Below, in pieces: positions 9,164 to 17,783 of a DNA stretch of 64,000 nucleotides. The stretch lies in NCBI GenBank assembly GCA_963666515.2, contig OY762897.2, positions 1,120,001 through 1,184,000 on the forward strand. Reading direction: 5' to 3'. The first letter of the stretch is position 1, and each line of letters starts with the position of its first letter. Source of the DNA: Candidatus Binatia bacterium (lineage in GTDB: Bacteria > Desulfobacterota > Binatia > UBA9968 > JAJDTQ01). The translations under genes were made by a program, and so were the position numbers. Under the pieces are notes generated by a model. That model saw only the letters and a list, made by a program, of their open reading frames with translations. It was not told where the DNA came from and ran no database searches.

Positions 9164-10345
9164 CTAGTCGAAGTACCCGGTCTCCAGCGCCCACAGCCAA
9201 GCGTAGGCGATCTTCTCGTTGTAGAGCGCCCAGTGGCCCATGTGGGTGTACTTGGGCACCAGCCCCACGTGTATGTCCGACCCGGCCGCGGCGTACTTCC
9301 CCGCCATGAACATCTCGCGCTTGTCGCCCAGGCTCTCGCCGCCGATCCAGTGGCCGTGGTCGTTCTCGCCCACCATCAGCAGGACCTTGAGGCCGGCGAG
9401 CCATTCCGCGGGCGGGTCCTGCAGGTGGTCGAAGTACTCCTCCCGGGGCAGCCCGGTCACCCGGACGTATTCTTCCAGCCTTTCGGGGAAGACGTTGTGC
9501 TGGTTGTCCCGCAGTCCGATCTTGATCTGAGGCCGGGTCTTTTCGGTGAGTCGGAAGAAGTCCTCCATGCGGCCCCACGGCGTCAGCTCCGGCAGGTCCT
9601 CGTAGTGGGACCTCCGGTACGCCTCCACCGTGCGCCGGGAGATCTGCGTGAGCCCGTAGGGCTTGGGCGACTCCATCCCGGTGGCTTCCCGCCATTCCCT
9701 GCGCCAGCCGTCCGGCCCGCCGCTGCCCCAGCCGACGATGCCGATGACTTCCGCCTCCCGGGTGAAGCGGGTGATGTGGGCCGCCATGGGTCCGCCGGTG
9801 GAATGGCCGAAGGAGATCAGCCGCCGCCCTCGCAGCAGCCGGTCGGTGAGTTGCCCGGCGCCCTGGAGGATGACGTTGAAGGTGCACTTGAGCAGCCGGT
9901 CCTGAAGCTCCTCCTCGCCGGTCTCCACGTCGAGCAAGTAGACGGGCACGCGCTCCGCGATGGGCTTGTCCCATTCTCCGCCCGGCGGCCACAGCCCCGG
10001 GTAGCTCAGCGTCAGCACCGTGAAGCCCTGCGCGGCCAGCCGTCGGGCCAGTCCGGGGCGGCCGTCGGGGGTCACGTCCATGACCTTCTCGTTGGCGCCG
10101 CCGCCGTGGAACACGACGAAGGCCGGCCGGTCGTCCCGTTCCGTCGCGGGAGTGTAGAGGGAGCCGTGCATGTCCCACTCGTAGCCGTTGCGCCGGTAGC
10201 GCTCCACCACCTCGGTGACGGAGTAAGCGCCGTCGTCATGGGGCGGCGGCATGGCGAGCCAGTCGTCCCAACCGATGGGCACGAGGGTCTGGTCACCATC
10301 GAGGCCCCGGGTGAAGGCCCGGGTTCCGGCGGGTGCTTCGGGCAT
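9164..10345 (-). CDS. Hypothetical protein, divergent alpha/beta-hydrolase fold
   Basis: VVFHGGG oxyanion motif, GHSTGG, GEND, YTHMGH; AGGAG RBS. Confidence 0.7.
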   Translation of the reverse strand: MPEAPAGTRAFTRGLDGDQTLVPIGWDDWLAMPPPHDDGAYSVTEVVERYRRNGYEWDMHGSLYTPATERDDRPAFVVFHGGGANEKVMDVTPDGRPGLARRLAAQGFTVLTLSYPGLWPPGGEWDKPIAERVPVYLLDVETGEEELQDRLLKCTFNVILQGAGQLTDRLLRGRRLISFGHSTGGPMAAHITRFTREAEVIGIVGWGSGGPDGWRREWREATGMESPKPYGLTQISRRTVEAYRRSHYEDLPELTPWGRMEDFFRLTEKTRPQIKIGLRDNQHNVFPERLEEYVRVTGLPREEYFDHLQDPPAEWLAGLKVLLMVGENDHGHWIGGESLGDKREMFMAGKYAAAGSDIHVGLVPKYTHMGHWALYNEKIAYAWLWALETGYFD

Positions 10346-10507
10346 GTTATTCTCCTGTGACGCAATGGGGGTCCGCGCGGGCCCGTGGGGCCACGCCGGT
10401 CAGGCTGCGATATAGCGGTTACCGCAACGGAAGACAACGAACGTGGCGGCCTGCAACGTCCGGATTCCCGATCTGGACGGTACAGGCCACCTGAGGCGGA
10501 ATGCATC

Positions 10508-11380
10508 ATGGAGATGGGTCTTTCCCTGTTTTCGACGGAGCAGTCGGGTCCCGTAGGCGATATCGCCAGGGAGGCGGAGCGGCTGGGCTTCGAGTCCCTG
10601 TGGTTCCCGGAGCACATGCTGATCCCGGTGCACTACCAATCCCGCTACAAGCGCAGGGCGGACGGCAAGGTGCCCGAGTCCTTCGCGCACCTGCCGGATC
10701 CCTTCATCGCTGCGGCGATGGCGGCCCAGGCCACCGAGCGCCTGCGGGTGGCCACCGGCATCTGCATCCTGCCGCAGCGCGACATCATCGCCACCGCCAA
10801 GGCCGCGGCCACCCTGGACCTTCACAGCGGCGGCCGTTTCATCATGGGGGTGGGCGCCGGGTGGTTCCCGGAGGAGGCGGAGATCCTGGGAGTTCCGTTC
10901 AAACGCCGCTGGAAGATGCTGCGCGAGGGGGTCGAGGCCATGAAGCTGCTGTGGAGCGAGGACGAGGCCTCCTATGAGGGCGAGTTCGTCCACTTCCCGC
11001 CCGTTCGGGTCTTCCCCAAGCCGGTGCAGCAGCCCTACCCGCCGATCTATCTGGGCATACACGACCCCAAGTATGCCCCGGCGCGCGTGGCCCGCTACGC
11101 TGACGGCTGGTGTCCGGGCGACCTCGCGCCGGACGCCGCCGCCGATGCCGTGGCGAGCGTGCGGCGGGCGGCGCAGCAACAAGGGCGCGACCCCGACGAG
11201 ATAGAGTTTTCGGCGCTGCTGACTCCGAACGCGGGTTTTCCCGCCCTCGACGACATGGCACGGTACCGCGCCGCCGGTATGCGCCGCATCATCCTGCGGG
11301 TGACCGTCCTCCCCACCGAAAGCGGGATCGAGGCGGTCCGGCGGCTCGAACCGTTTCTCCGGCAGGCCGAACGCCTGTAG
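10508..11380 (+). CDS. LLM-class (probably F420-dependent, Rv2161c-like) oxidoreductase
   Basis: GFESLWFPEH, DPF, ATLDLHSGGRF, PKPVQQPYPPI. Confidence 0.88.
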   Translation: MEMGLSLFSTEQSGPVGDIAREAERLGFESLWFPEHMLIPVHYQSRYKRRADGKVPESFAHLPDPFIAAAMAAQATERLRVATGICILPQRDIIATAKAAATLDLHSGGRFIMGVGAGWFPEEAEILGVPFKRRWKMLREGVEAMKLLWSEDEASYEGEFVHFPPVRVFPKPVQQPYPPIYLGIHDPKYAPARVARYADGWCPGDLAPDAAADAVASVRRAAQQQGRDPDEIEFSALLTPNAGFPALDDMARYRAAGMRRIILRVTVLPTESGIEAVRRLEPFLRQAERL

Positions 11381-11406
11381 AGCTCAAGAAGAGTTAGCGG
11401 CGGCCC

Positions 11407-12228
11407 TTACCCGGACAGGCCGGTAACCGCCAGCACCGCGACCCCGAGACCCCAGCAATAGCAGGCGAACCACGTGAGCCGCCGCGACAGCAGCACCTTC
11501 AGCAGCACGCCGATGCTGAGGTAGCCGGTGGCGAAGGCGGCGAGAAAGGCCAGCCCGTAGCCGGCAATGTTCACCTCCCGCGCTCCGTCGAGGCCGTGGG
11601 TCGCCAACTGGAGCACGAATGCACCGAAGATGGCGGGTATGGAAAGCAGGAAGGAGTAGCGCAGGGCAAGCTCGCGTCCAATCCCCGAGAAGACCCCGGC
11701 GGCGACGGTGGCCCCCGATCGGGAGATGCCGGGGACGATGGCCAAGCCCTGGACGATGCCTATGAGGATGGCATGGGTTCCGCGCATTCGCTCAATCGCG
11801 CTGGTCCGTTCCCTCGCACGGTCGGTGGCGAAGAGCAGCGCCCCAGTGACCAGCAGCATGCCCGCCGCGGTGGAGACGCTGGAGAACAGGCTTTCGAGCG
11901 TGTCCCTGAAGAGCAGGCCGATCAGCGCCGTGGGAACGGTGCCGAGGGCCACGAGCCAGAGAAGACGGGCGGTGGCCGGGTCGGCCTTTCGAGGCATGAT
12001 CGCGGCGCGGGCGAGAGCCGCGACGTCGTGCCGGAAAAACAGAAGAACGGCGCCCATAGTCGCCAGATGCACGGTCACATGGAACAGCACGCCCGGCTCG
12101 TGGAACCCCGGGAGCAGGGCCTGGAGGATCACCAAGTGGCCGGAACTGCTGACCGGGAGGAACTCGGTGAGCCCCTGCAGAATTCCGAGCGCGGTGAGGG
12201 TCAGGGTGGGAGTCACGCCTGCCTGCAT
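11407..12228 (-). CDS. uppP: Undecaprenyl-diphosphate phosphatase
   Basis: QGLTEFLPVSSSGHL and PGISRSGAT motifs with multiple TM helices; start at 12228 or GTG 12216. Confidence 0.93.
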   Translation of the reverse strand: MQAGVTPTLTLTALGILQGLTEFLPVSSSGHLVILQALLPGFHEPGVLFHVTVHLATMGAVLLFFRHDVAALARAAIMPRKADPATARLLWLVALGTVPTALIGLLFRDTLESLFSSVSTAAGMLLVTGALLFATDRARERTSAIERMRGTHAILIGIVQGLAIVPGISRSGATVAAGVFSGIGRELALRYSFLLSIPAIFGAFVLQLATHGLDGAREVNIAGYGLAFLAAFATGYLSIGVLLKVLLSRRLTWFACYCWGLGVAVLAVTGLSG

Positions 12229-12364
12229 GACAGGTCCGGGTGAGAAGGTCCAGCGGTGCGGGCCTCGACCGTTTGTCTGACGTTGCATTCTGTCGCCCGG
12301 TTGACCTTCTCCGCGAACAGGTTCCACAATGGGTGTGTTCGAAACCTCGCGACGAGAAAGTATC

Positions 12365-13444
12365 ATGGCGGCATTCGACGGCAGGCTCAGCCTCCAGTTC
12401 GTCACCCATCTGGCGAACCACTACACGGTCAACCGGTTCGTGGAGCTGGCCGCGCTGGCCCATGAACGGGGGTTCCAACGGATATGGCTTAACGACAACG
12501 CGCGCTACCGGAGCCAGGTGGTGGTGCTCTCGGCCATCGCTGCGCGCGTCCCCATCGGAATCGGCACGGCCGTCCTGGTGCCCTATTTCCACCATCCCAT
12601 CGAGGTGGTGGACTCGCTGGCGGCCCTTTCCGAGCTGAGCGAAGGGCGTGAGGTGGGCTTCGGACTGGCGCGCGGCTCCCTCACCCAGACGCCGCAGCAC
12701 GTCATCATGCACAAGCCCCTCGCGCTGGTGCGGGAACTGGCCCTGTTCGTTTCCCGGGCGCTGGCCGGGGAGCGCGTGGCCTACCGGGATTTCCCGGTGC
12801 TGTGCGAGCACTACCACTTCAATCCGGAGGGCGCGTTCGAACTGGCGTTCACGCCCAAGTCCCCGGTGGTGGTCTATTCGGGCGGCAACGGCCCCCGGTC
12901 GCTGCGCATGGGCGGCGAGGTCATGGACGGCCTCATCAGCTCGGGGACGTTCATCCCCATGCTGCGCGCGGGCCGGCTCAAGGGGATGCTCGCCATGGCC
13001 GAGGCCGGCGCCCGCAGCGTCGACCCGAACAAGACCCTGCGCAAGATGGTCGAGTTGAACGTCTCGGTTTCCCGCGACCGGGATGCGGCCCTGGAGTTTC
13101 CCAGGCGCCAAGTGGCGCACTCGATCCCTCAGTGGGAGTCGCTCGGGTTCACCCCGGAGGAGTACGCCCGGCTCGGCGTGGAACGGCGGAAGGTGCTGGA
13201 CCTGAAAGACGCTTTCGCCCAGGGCGCCACCATCGAGGAGGCCGCGGCCCTGGTGGACGAGCGCATGGTCCTGTCCTATTACGTCGCCGGCACCCCGGCC
13301 GAGGTGGCCGACCAGGTCGTGGAACTGGCCGGCCAGGCTCAGGCGCTGGGCTATGACGAGATCGCTTTCGCCAAGCTCGGGCCGGACTACGAGGAAGCCA
13401 TCGAGATGCTGGCGGAAAGCGTGATGCCGCGGCTCACCGGGTAG
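12365..13444 (+). CDS. LLM-class (Mer-like) oxidoreductase, tandem paralog 1
   Basis: GFQRIWLNDN, IGIGTAVLVPY..HP, GGNGPRSLRMGGEVMDG. Confidence 0.85.
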   Translation: MAAFDGRLSLQFVTHLANHYTVNRFVELAALAHERGFQRIWLNDNARYRSQVVVLSAIAARVPIGIGTAVLVPYFHHPIEVVDSLAALSELSEGREVGFGLARGSLTQTPQHVIMHKPLALVRELALFVSRALAGERVAYRDFPVLCEHYHFNPEGAFELAFTPKSPVVVYSGGNGPRSLRMGGEVMDGLISSGTFIPMLRAGRLKGMLAMAEAGARSVDPNKTLRKMVELNVSVSRDRDAALEFPRRQVAHSIPQWESLGFTPEEYARLGVERRKVLDLKDAFAQGATIEEAAALVDERMVLSYYVAGTPAEVADQVVELAGQAQALGYDEIAFAKLGPDYEEAIEMLAESVMPRLTG

Positions 13445-13483
13445 GCCCGGGGTCCGGTTTCATTACAACGGAGAAACAATCTC

Positions 13484-14563
13484 ATGGCAGCATTCGACGG
13501 CACGCTCGGTCTCCAGTTCGTTATCCACTTGGCGAATCGCTACACGGTGAACCAGCTCGTGGAGCTGGCCGGGTTGGCGCACCGGCGCGGCTTCGAGCGC
13601 GTCTGGGTCAACGACAACGCCCGCTATCGGAGTCAGGTGGTGGTGCTGTCCGCCATCGCGGCGCGGGTGCCCGTCGGCATCGGCACCGCCATCCTGGTGC
13701 CGTATCTGCACCATCCCATCGAGGTGGTGGATTCCCTGGCGGCGCTGTCCGAGTTGAGCGAGGGGAAGGAGGTCGGCTTCGGGCTCGCCCGCGGCGACCT
13801 GGCGCAGACGCCGCAACACGTCGAGGTGCGCAAACCCATCGCGCTGGTGCGGCAGTTGGCCGTGTTCGCACGACGCGCGCTCGCTGGCGAGCGTGTCTCC
13901 TATGGCGATTTCCCCGTGCTCTGCGAATACTACCACCTGAACCCGGCCGGCAGCTTCCAGTTGGCCTTCGAGCCGAGGTCTCCCGTGGTGATGTATTCCG
14001 GCGGCAACGGCCCCCAGTCCCTGCGCATGGGAGGCCAAGTGATGGACGGGCTCATCAGCTCCGGCACCTTCATCCCCATGCTCCGGGCGGGCCGCCTGAA
14101 GGAAATGCACGAGATGATCGAGGCGGGCGCCCGCAGCGTCGATCCGAACAAGAGACTGCGCAAGATGGTGGAGTTGAACGTGTCGGTGTCGCGGGACCGT
14201 GACGCCGCCATCGAGTTCCCCAAGCGCCAGGTGTCCCATTCGATCCTGCAATGGGAAGCGCTCAAGTTCACGCCCGAGGAATATGACCGCCTCGGTGTGG
14301 AGCGGGATAAGGTTCTTCAGCTCAAGCAGGCGTTCGCCCGCGGCGCCACCGTCGAGGAAGCGGCGGAGATGGTGACCGAGGAGATGGTGTTGAACTACTA
14401 CGTCGCCGGGCGTCCGGAGGAGGTGGCGGACCAGATCGTCGATCTGGCGGTGCAGGCCCAGGAGATGGGCTACGACGAGATCGCGTTCGCCAAGCTCGGC
14501 CCCGATTACGAGGAGGCCATCAACATGCTGGCGGACAGCGTGGTGCCTCGGTTGAGGGGGTAG
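13484..14563 (+). CDS. LLM-class (Mer-like) oxidoreductase, tandem paralog 2
   Basis: Colinear with and highly similar to 12365-13444. Confidence 0.85.
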   Translation: MAAFDGTLGLQFVIHLANRYTVNQLVELAGLAHRRGFERVWVNDNARYRSQVVVLSAIAARVPVGIGTAILVPYLHHPIEVVDSLAALSELSEGKEVGFGLARGDLAQTPQHVEVRKPIALVRQLAVFARRALAGERVSYGDFPVLCEYYHLNPAGSFQLAFEPRSPVVMYSGGNGPQSLRMGGQVMDGLISSGTFIPMLRAGRLKEMHEMIEAGARSVDPNKRLRKMVELNVSVSRDRDAAIEFPKRQVSHSILQWEALKFTPEEYDRLGVERDKVLQLKQAFARGATVEEAAEMVTEEMVLNYYVAGRPEEVADQIVDLAVQAQEMGYDEIAFAKLGPDYEEAINMLADSVVPRLRG

Positions 14564-14566
14564 GGG

Positions 14567-15118
14567 TTACAACGAGCGCTTCTTCTGCTGCTCCCGCAAC
14601 GCCTCCAGGTTCTGCCGCGCCCCCTCGGCGAAGGGATGCACGGCCAGGGTCGCCTCGAAGGCGCTGATGGCGGCCTCTTCATTGCCCATGGCCGCCATGA
14701 TGAGCCCCAGGCCGGACAGCGCGCCGAAGTGGCGCGGTTCGAGTTCCAGGGTCTTGTCGATGTCCTTGACCGACGCGCGGTAGTCGCCCATCAGATAGTA
14801 GACCGTGGCGCGCTTGTTCCAGGCCTCGGCGAAACCGGGTTCGAGGTCGATGATTTCACCGAAGGTTTGGATTGCGGCCGGGTAGTCCCGGGCCGACATC
14901 TGCACCAAGCCCCGGCGCATCAACTCGTTGATCCGGTCGTCATCGGATCGATGCCAGATGGCCCAAATGAGATTCGTCACCCGGGCCGCGTCGTCGGTGT
15001 CGTCGGTGGTCTGCAGGCGGTTGAACAGGGCGTCCAGCCGCGGGTCTGTCTGATCGGCCATGGGGTTCAGCGGTGCGCTTAGCAGCAACGCGACGATAAC
15101 GGCAGCCACATTTCGCAC
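14567..15118 (-). CDS. Exported tetratricopeptide-repeat protein
   Basis: Signal-like N-terminus; TPR motifs (PGFAEAWNKRATVYY, PRHFGALSGLG); GTG start inferred. Confidence 0.8.
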   Translation of the reverse strand: MRNVAAVIVALLLSAPLNPMADQTDPRLDALFNRLQTTDDTDDAARVTNLIWAIWHRSDDDRINELMRRGLVQMSARDYPAAIQTFGEIIDLEPGFAEAWNKRATVYYLMGDYRASVKDIDKTLELEPRHFGALSGLGLIMAAMGNEEAAISAFEATLAVHPFAEGARQNLEALREQQKKRSL

Positions 15119-15185
15119 GGTTGCAGCATATAACGCGGTCGTCCTGATCGAGTCAAACTCCCCGTCTTGGCACGATGGGAAGAAT

Positions 15186-15227
15186 TTGCTAATTTTCCCG
15201 GAAACAAGGATATAGTGAATCCTTGTT
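15186..15227 (+). promoter_or_regulatory. TA operon promoter with palindromic operator
   Basis: TTGCTA...TATAGT in an AT-rich patch (19-bp spacer); perfect inverted repeat AACAAGGAT-N7-ATCCTTGTT (15203-15227) straddles the -10 box. Confidence 0.65.
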
Positions 15228-15284
15228 CCCTTGTTTTCTTGGCTTATTTTCGTTGGCTTGCTTTGTTTCCGTGGGGAGTGGCCG

Positions 15285-15509
15285 ATGCTCGCAAAACTTA
15301 CCTCCAAGAATCAGTTGACGTTGCCGAAAGCCATGTTGGCCGGTCTCCAGGGCTGCGAGTACTTCGACGTCACCAGGGAGACGGGCCGCATCGTCCTGAC
15401 ACCGGTGCGGGTGACCCGCGCTGACGCCGTACGCGCCAAGTTGGCCGAACTGGGCGTGGAGGAAGACGATGTGGCCGAGGCGGTGGCGTGGGCGCGCCGG
15501 CCCGGATGA
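15285..15509 (+). CDS. AbrB/MazE/SpoVT-family antitoxin
   Basis: MLAKLTSKNQLTLPK...GRIVLTPV swapped-hairpin signature. Confidence 0.88.
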   Translation: MLAKLTSKNQLTLPKAMLAGLQGCEYFDVTRETGRIVLTPVRVTRADAVRAKLAELGVEEDDVAEAVAWARRPG

Positions 15510-15928
15510 CCGCCCCGCGTCTCGTGCTCGACAGCAACGTCGTGTTGTCGGCCTTGCTGTTTCCTGACGGATCGCTTTCCTGGCTGCGCCGCCGGTGGCA
15601 GGCCGGGGAAGTCGTGCCGCTGGCGGGCCGGGATACCACACTGGAGCTGATCCGAGTGCTGTCATACCCGAAATTTGCTCTGACCTCCGTTGAGCAGGAA
15701 GATCTGCTGGCCGACTACCTCCCCTGGTGCGAGACGGTCGTCGTGTCGAAGCAGCCTTCGGTGCCGCATTGCCGCGACCCCTTCGATCGTCCGTTTCTTG
15801 AGTTGGCGCTGGCAGCGCGGGCCGACGCGCTGGTCACCGGCGATGCTGATCTGCTGGCGTTGGCGCCGGCGTTCTCCGTTCCCATCATCACGCCCAAGGC
15901 CCTGAGAGATCAACTGGACGCGCGATGA
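15506..15928 (+). CDS. PIN-domain (VapC-like, PIN_3) toxin
   Basis: VLDSNV, CRDPFD..FLELA, LVTGDADLL; ATGA overlap with the antitoxin. Confidence 0.9.
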   Translation: MTAPRLVLDSNVVLSALLFPDGSLSWLRRRWQAGEVVPLAGRDTTLELIRVLSYPKFALTSVEQEDLLADYLPWCETVVVSKQPSVPHCRDPFDRPFLELALAARADALVTGDADLLALAPAFSVPIITPKALRDQLDAR

Positions 15929-16093
15929 GACCGCGCCACCGCTGTAGCGGCCGGTGTCCGGCCTCTGGTTCGGTTGCGGTCCGCGAATGCCCGGGTTGCA
16001 AATCGGTTTGATGTATCTCATATCAAGCGCAATAGACGGCAGTTGACCGGGATGGTGCCCGGTGACCCTCAAACCGAAGGGAGCCAAGCGATC

Positions 16094-17041
16094 ATGGGAA
16101 CCACACTGATCACGGGAGTGGGCCTTGTCGGCACGTCTTTCGCCCAATGCGCCCTCAAGCGGAACGAGAAGCTGGTCTTCTACGACTTCATGCCGCGCAC
16201 GGAGTACCTGCACCGTAAGCTCGGCACCGCGGACGTGGCGGTGGTGCAGAAGGACATCCGCGACCTGCCGGCGCTCACCGAGACGATGCAGCGCTACCGC
16301 CCCGAGACCGTCGTCCACACCGCCGGACTCATCGGCGGACGGGTGCAGGAGTCGCTCTACAACGGGCTCCAGATCAACGTCATGGGGACCATCAACGTGC
16401 TGGAGGCGGCGCGGCTCACCGGGGTAAAGCGTTTCGTGCTGATCAGCACCTTCGGCGCCTATGACCGGCGGCGCCAGGGGGACAAGCCCACCCACGAGGA
16501 CATGCCCCGTGGTCCGGGAGCCGGCTACGGCAACTCCAAGGCCACCAAGGAGCTGATGGCCGAGGCGTACCAGCGGCTGTACGGCTTCGAGCTGTTGACG
16601 CTGCGGCTGGCCAACGCCTACGGGCTCGGGCACTTCTGGGGCGGCTCCGGCGGCGGCGAGAAGGTGCAGATGCTGCTGGAGGCGGGCATCCGCGGCGAGG
16701 TCGCCCGGATCCCCCAGGCCCAGACCATGACCTTCGAGTACGTCTACGCCAAGGACGTGGGGCGCGCCGTGGACCTGGCAACCACGGTCCCGGTGCCCGA
16801 GAAGACCACCTTCAACATCGGCGTGGGCGAGGTGACGACCTTCGACGACCTCGTGGCCGCGGTGGAACGGCAGTTTCCCAAGCTGGAGGTGGAGGTGATT
16901 CCCGGCAAGCCGCCGGACGTGGCCGTCAGCGTGCCGCTGGACATATCGCGGGCGAAGCAATACCTGGGCTGGGAGCCGGAATACACCATGGACGCCGCGT
17001 TCGAGGACTACGTCAGGGACCTCCGGGCGGTCATGGAGTGA
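16094..17041 (+). CDS. NAD-dependent epimerase/dehydratase (extended SDR)
   Basis: LITGVGLVG, VHTAG, YGNSK, YLGWEP. Confidence 0.88.
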   Translation: MGTTLITGVGLVGTSFAQCALKRNEKLVFYDFMPRTEYLHRKLGTADVAVVQKDIRDLPALTETMQRYRPETVVHTAGLIGGRVQESLYNGLQINVMGTINVLEAARLTGVKRFVLISTFGAYDRRRQGDKPTHEDMPRGPGAGYGNSKATKELMAEAYQRLYGFELLTLRLANAYGLGHFWGGSGGGEKVQMLLEAGIRGEVARIPQAQTMTFEYVYAKDVGRAVDLATTVPVPEKTTFNIGVGEVTTFDDLVAAVERQFPKLEVEVIPGKPPDVAVSVPLDISRAKQYLGWEPEYTMDAAFEDYVRDLRAVME

Positions 17042-17043
17042 GC

Positions 17044-17709
17044 ATGGAACTGCTTCACTGCGTGTACGAGCCCGAGGGCGAGGGTCCTCATCCGACCATC
17101 CTGGCGCTGCACGGCCGGGGCGCCAACGCCATGGACCTGCTGGGCCTGGCGCCGCACCTGTGCGCCGGTGCGTTCCGGGTCATCTGCCCCCAGGCGCCGC
17201 TTGAGGTGGCCGTCGGCCCGGGCATGATGGGCTACGCTTGGTTCCCCATGTCCACGGGCGGCGACATCGACACCGCGGCCTTCCTTTCCGCGCGTGACCG
17301 GCTGCGCACGTTCGTGGACCAGTGCGCCGGACGGTACCCCCTGGGAGGCCGCAAGCTCGTCCTGCTGGGCTTCAGCCAGGGCGGCGGCATGGCCTACAGC
17401 CTGGGATTGTCCGAGCCGGACCGTTTCGCCGGCATGTGCGTCCTGAGTTCCTGGCTGCGGGAGGGGACGTTGAGCGCTCTCGGCGTGGCCGACCGCGTGG
17501 ATTCCCTGCCGACCCTCGTGCACCACGGCAGGCGCGACGAGCTGATCGAGCTGGAGCGGGCCAAGCACTCCATAACCCTGCTCAAGAAGCTGCACGTCCC
17601 GGTGGACTACACCGAGTACGACATGGGCCACGAGATCACCTCCCAGAGCCTCGCCGACCTGTCCAAGTGGCTCCAGGAGAAAGTGCTGCCGGAGCCGATC
17701 CTGCTGTAG
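17044..17709 (+). CDS. Phospholipase/carboxylesterase
   Basis: LHGRG, YAWF, GFSQGG, HGRRD, MGHEI; GTG at 17038 is an alternative start. Confidence 0.9.
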   Translation: MELLHCVYEPEGEGPHPTILALHGRGANAMDLLGLAPHLCAGAFRVICPQAPLEVAVGPGMMGYAWFPMSTGGDIDTAAFLSARDRLRTFVDQCAGRYPLGGRKLVLLGFSQGGGMAYSLGLSEPDRFAGMCVLSSWLREGTLSALGVADRVDSLPTLVHHGRRDELIELERAKHSITLLKKLHVPVDYTEYDMGHEITSQSLADLSKWLQEKVLPEPILL

Positions 17710-17747
17710 GGCCGCCTCGCCCATCCGTCATTGTAAAACTCTTCTCG

Positions 17748-17777
17748 TTGTCGGGGGGTTCGGCCAAGGGCTATACT
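17748..17777 (+). promoter_or_regulatory. Sigma70-like promoter of the AAA ATPase gene (probably leaderless transcript)
   Basis: TTGTCG-N18-TATACT, with the ATG 6 nt after the -10 box. Confidence 0.5.
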
Positions 17778-17783
17778 GGGGCC

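Noticed and set aside
17322-17783. N-terminal extension of the AAA ATPase (similarly 20719, 31091, 37245, 47594, 50277 and 50558 starts)
   Set aside because: These extensions overlap upstream genes; family-typical N-termini begin at later start codons.
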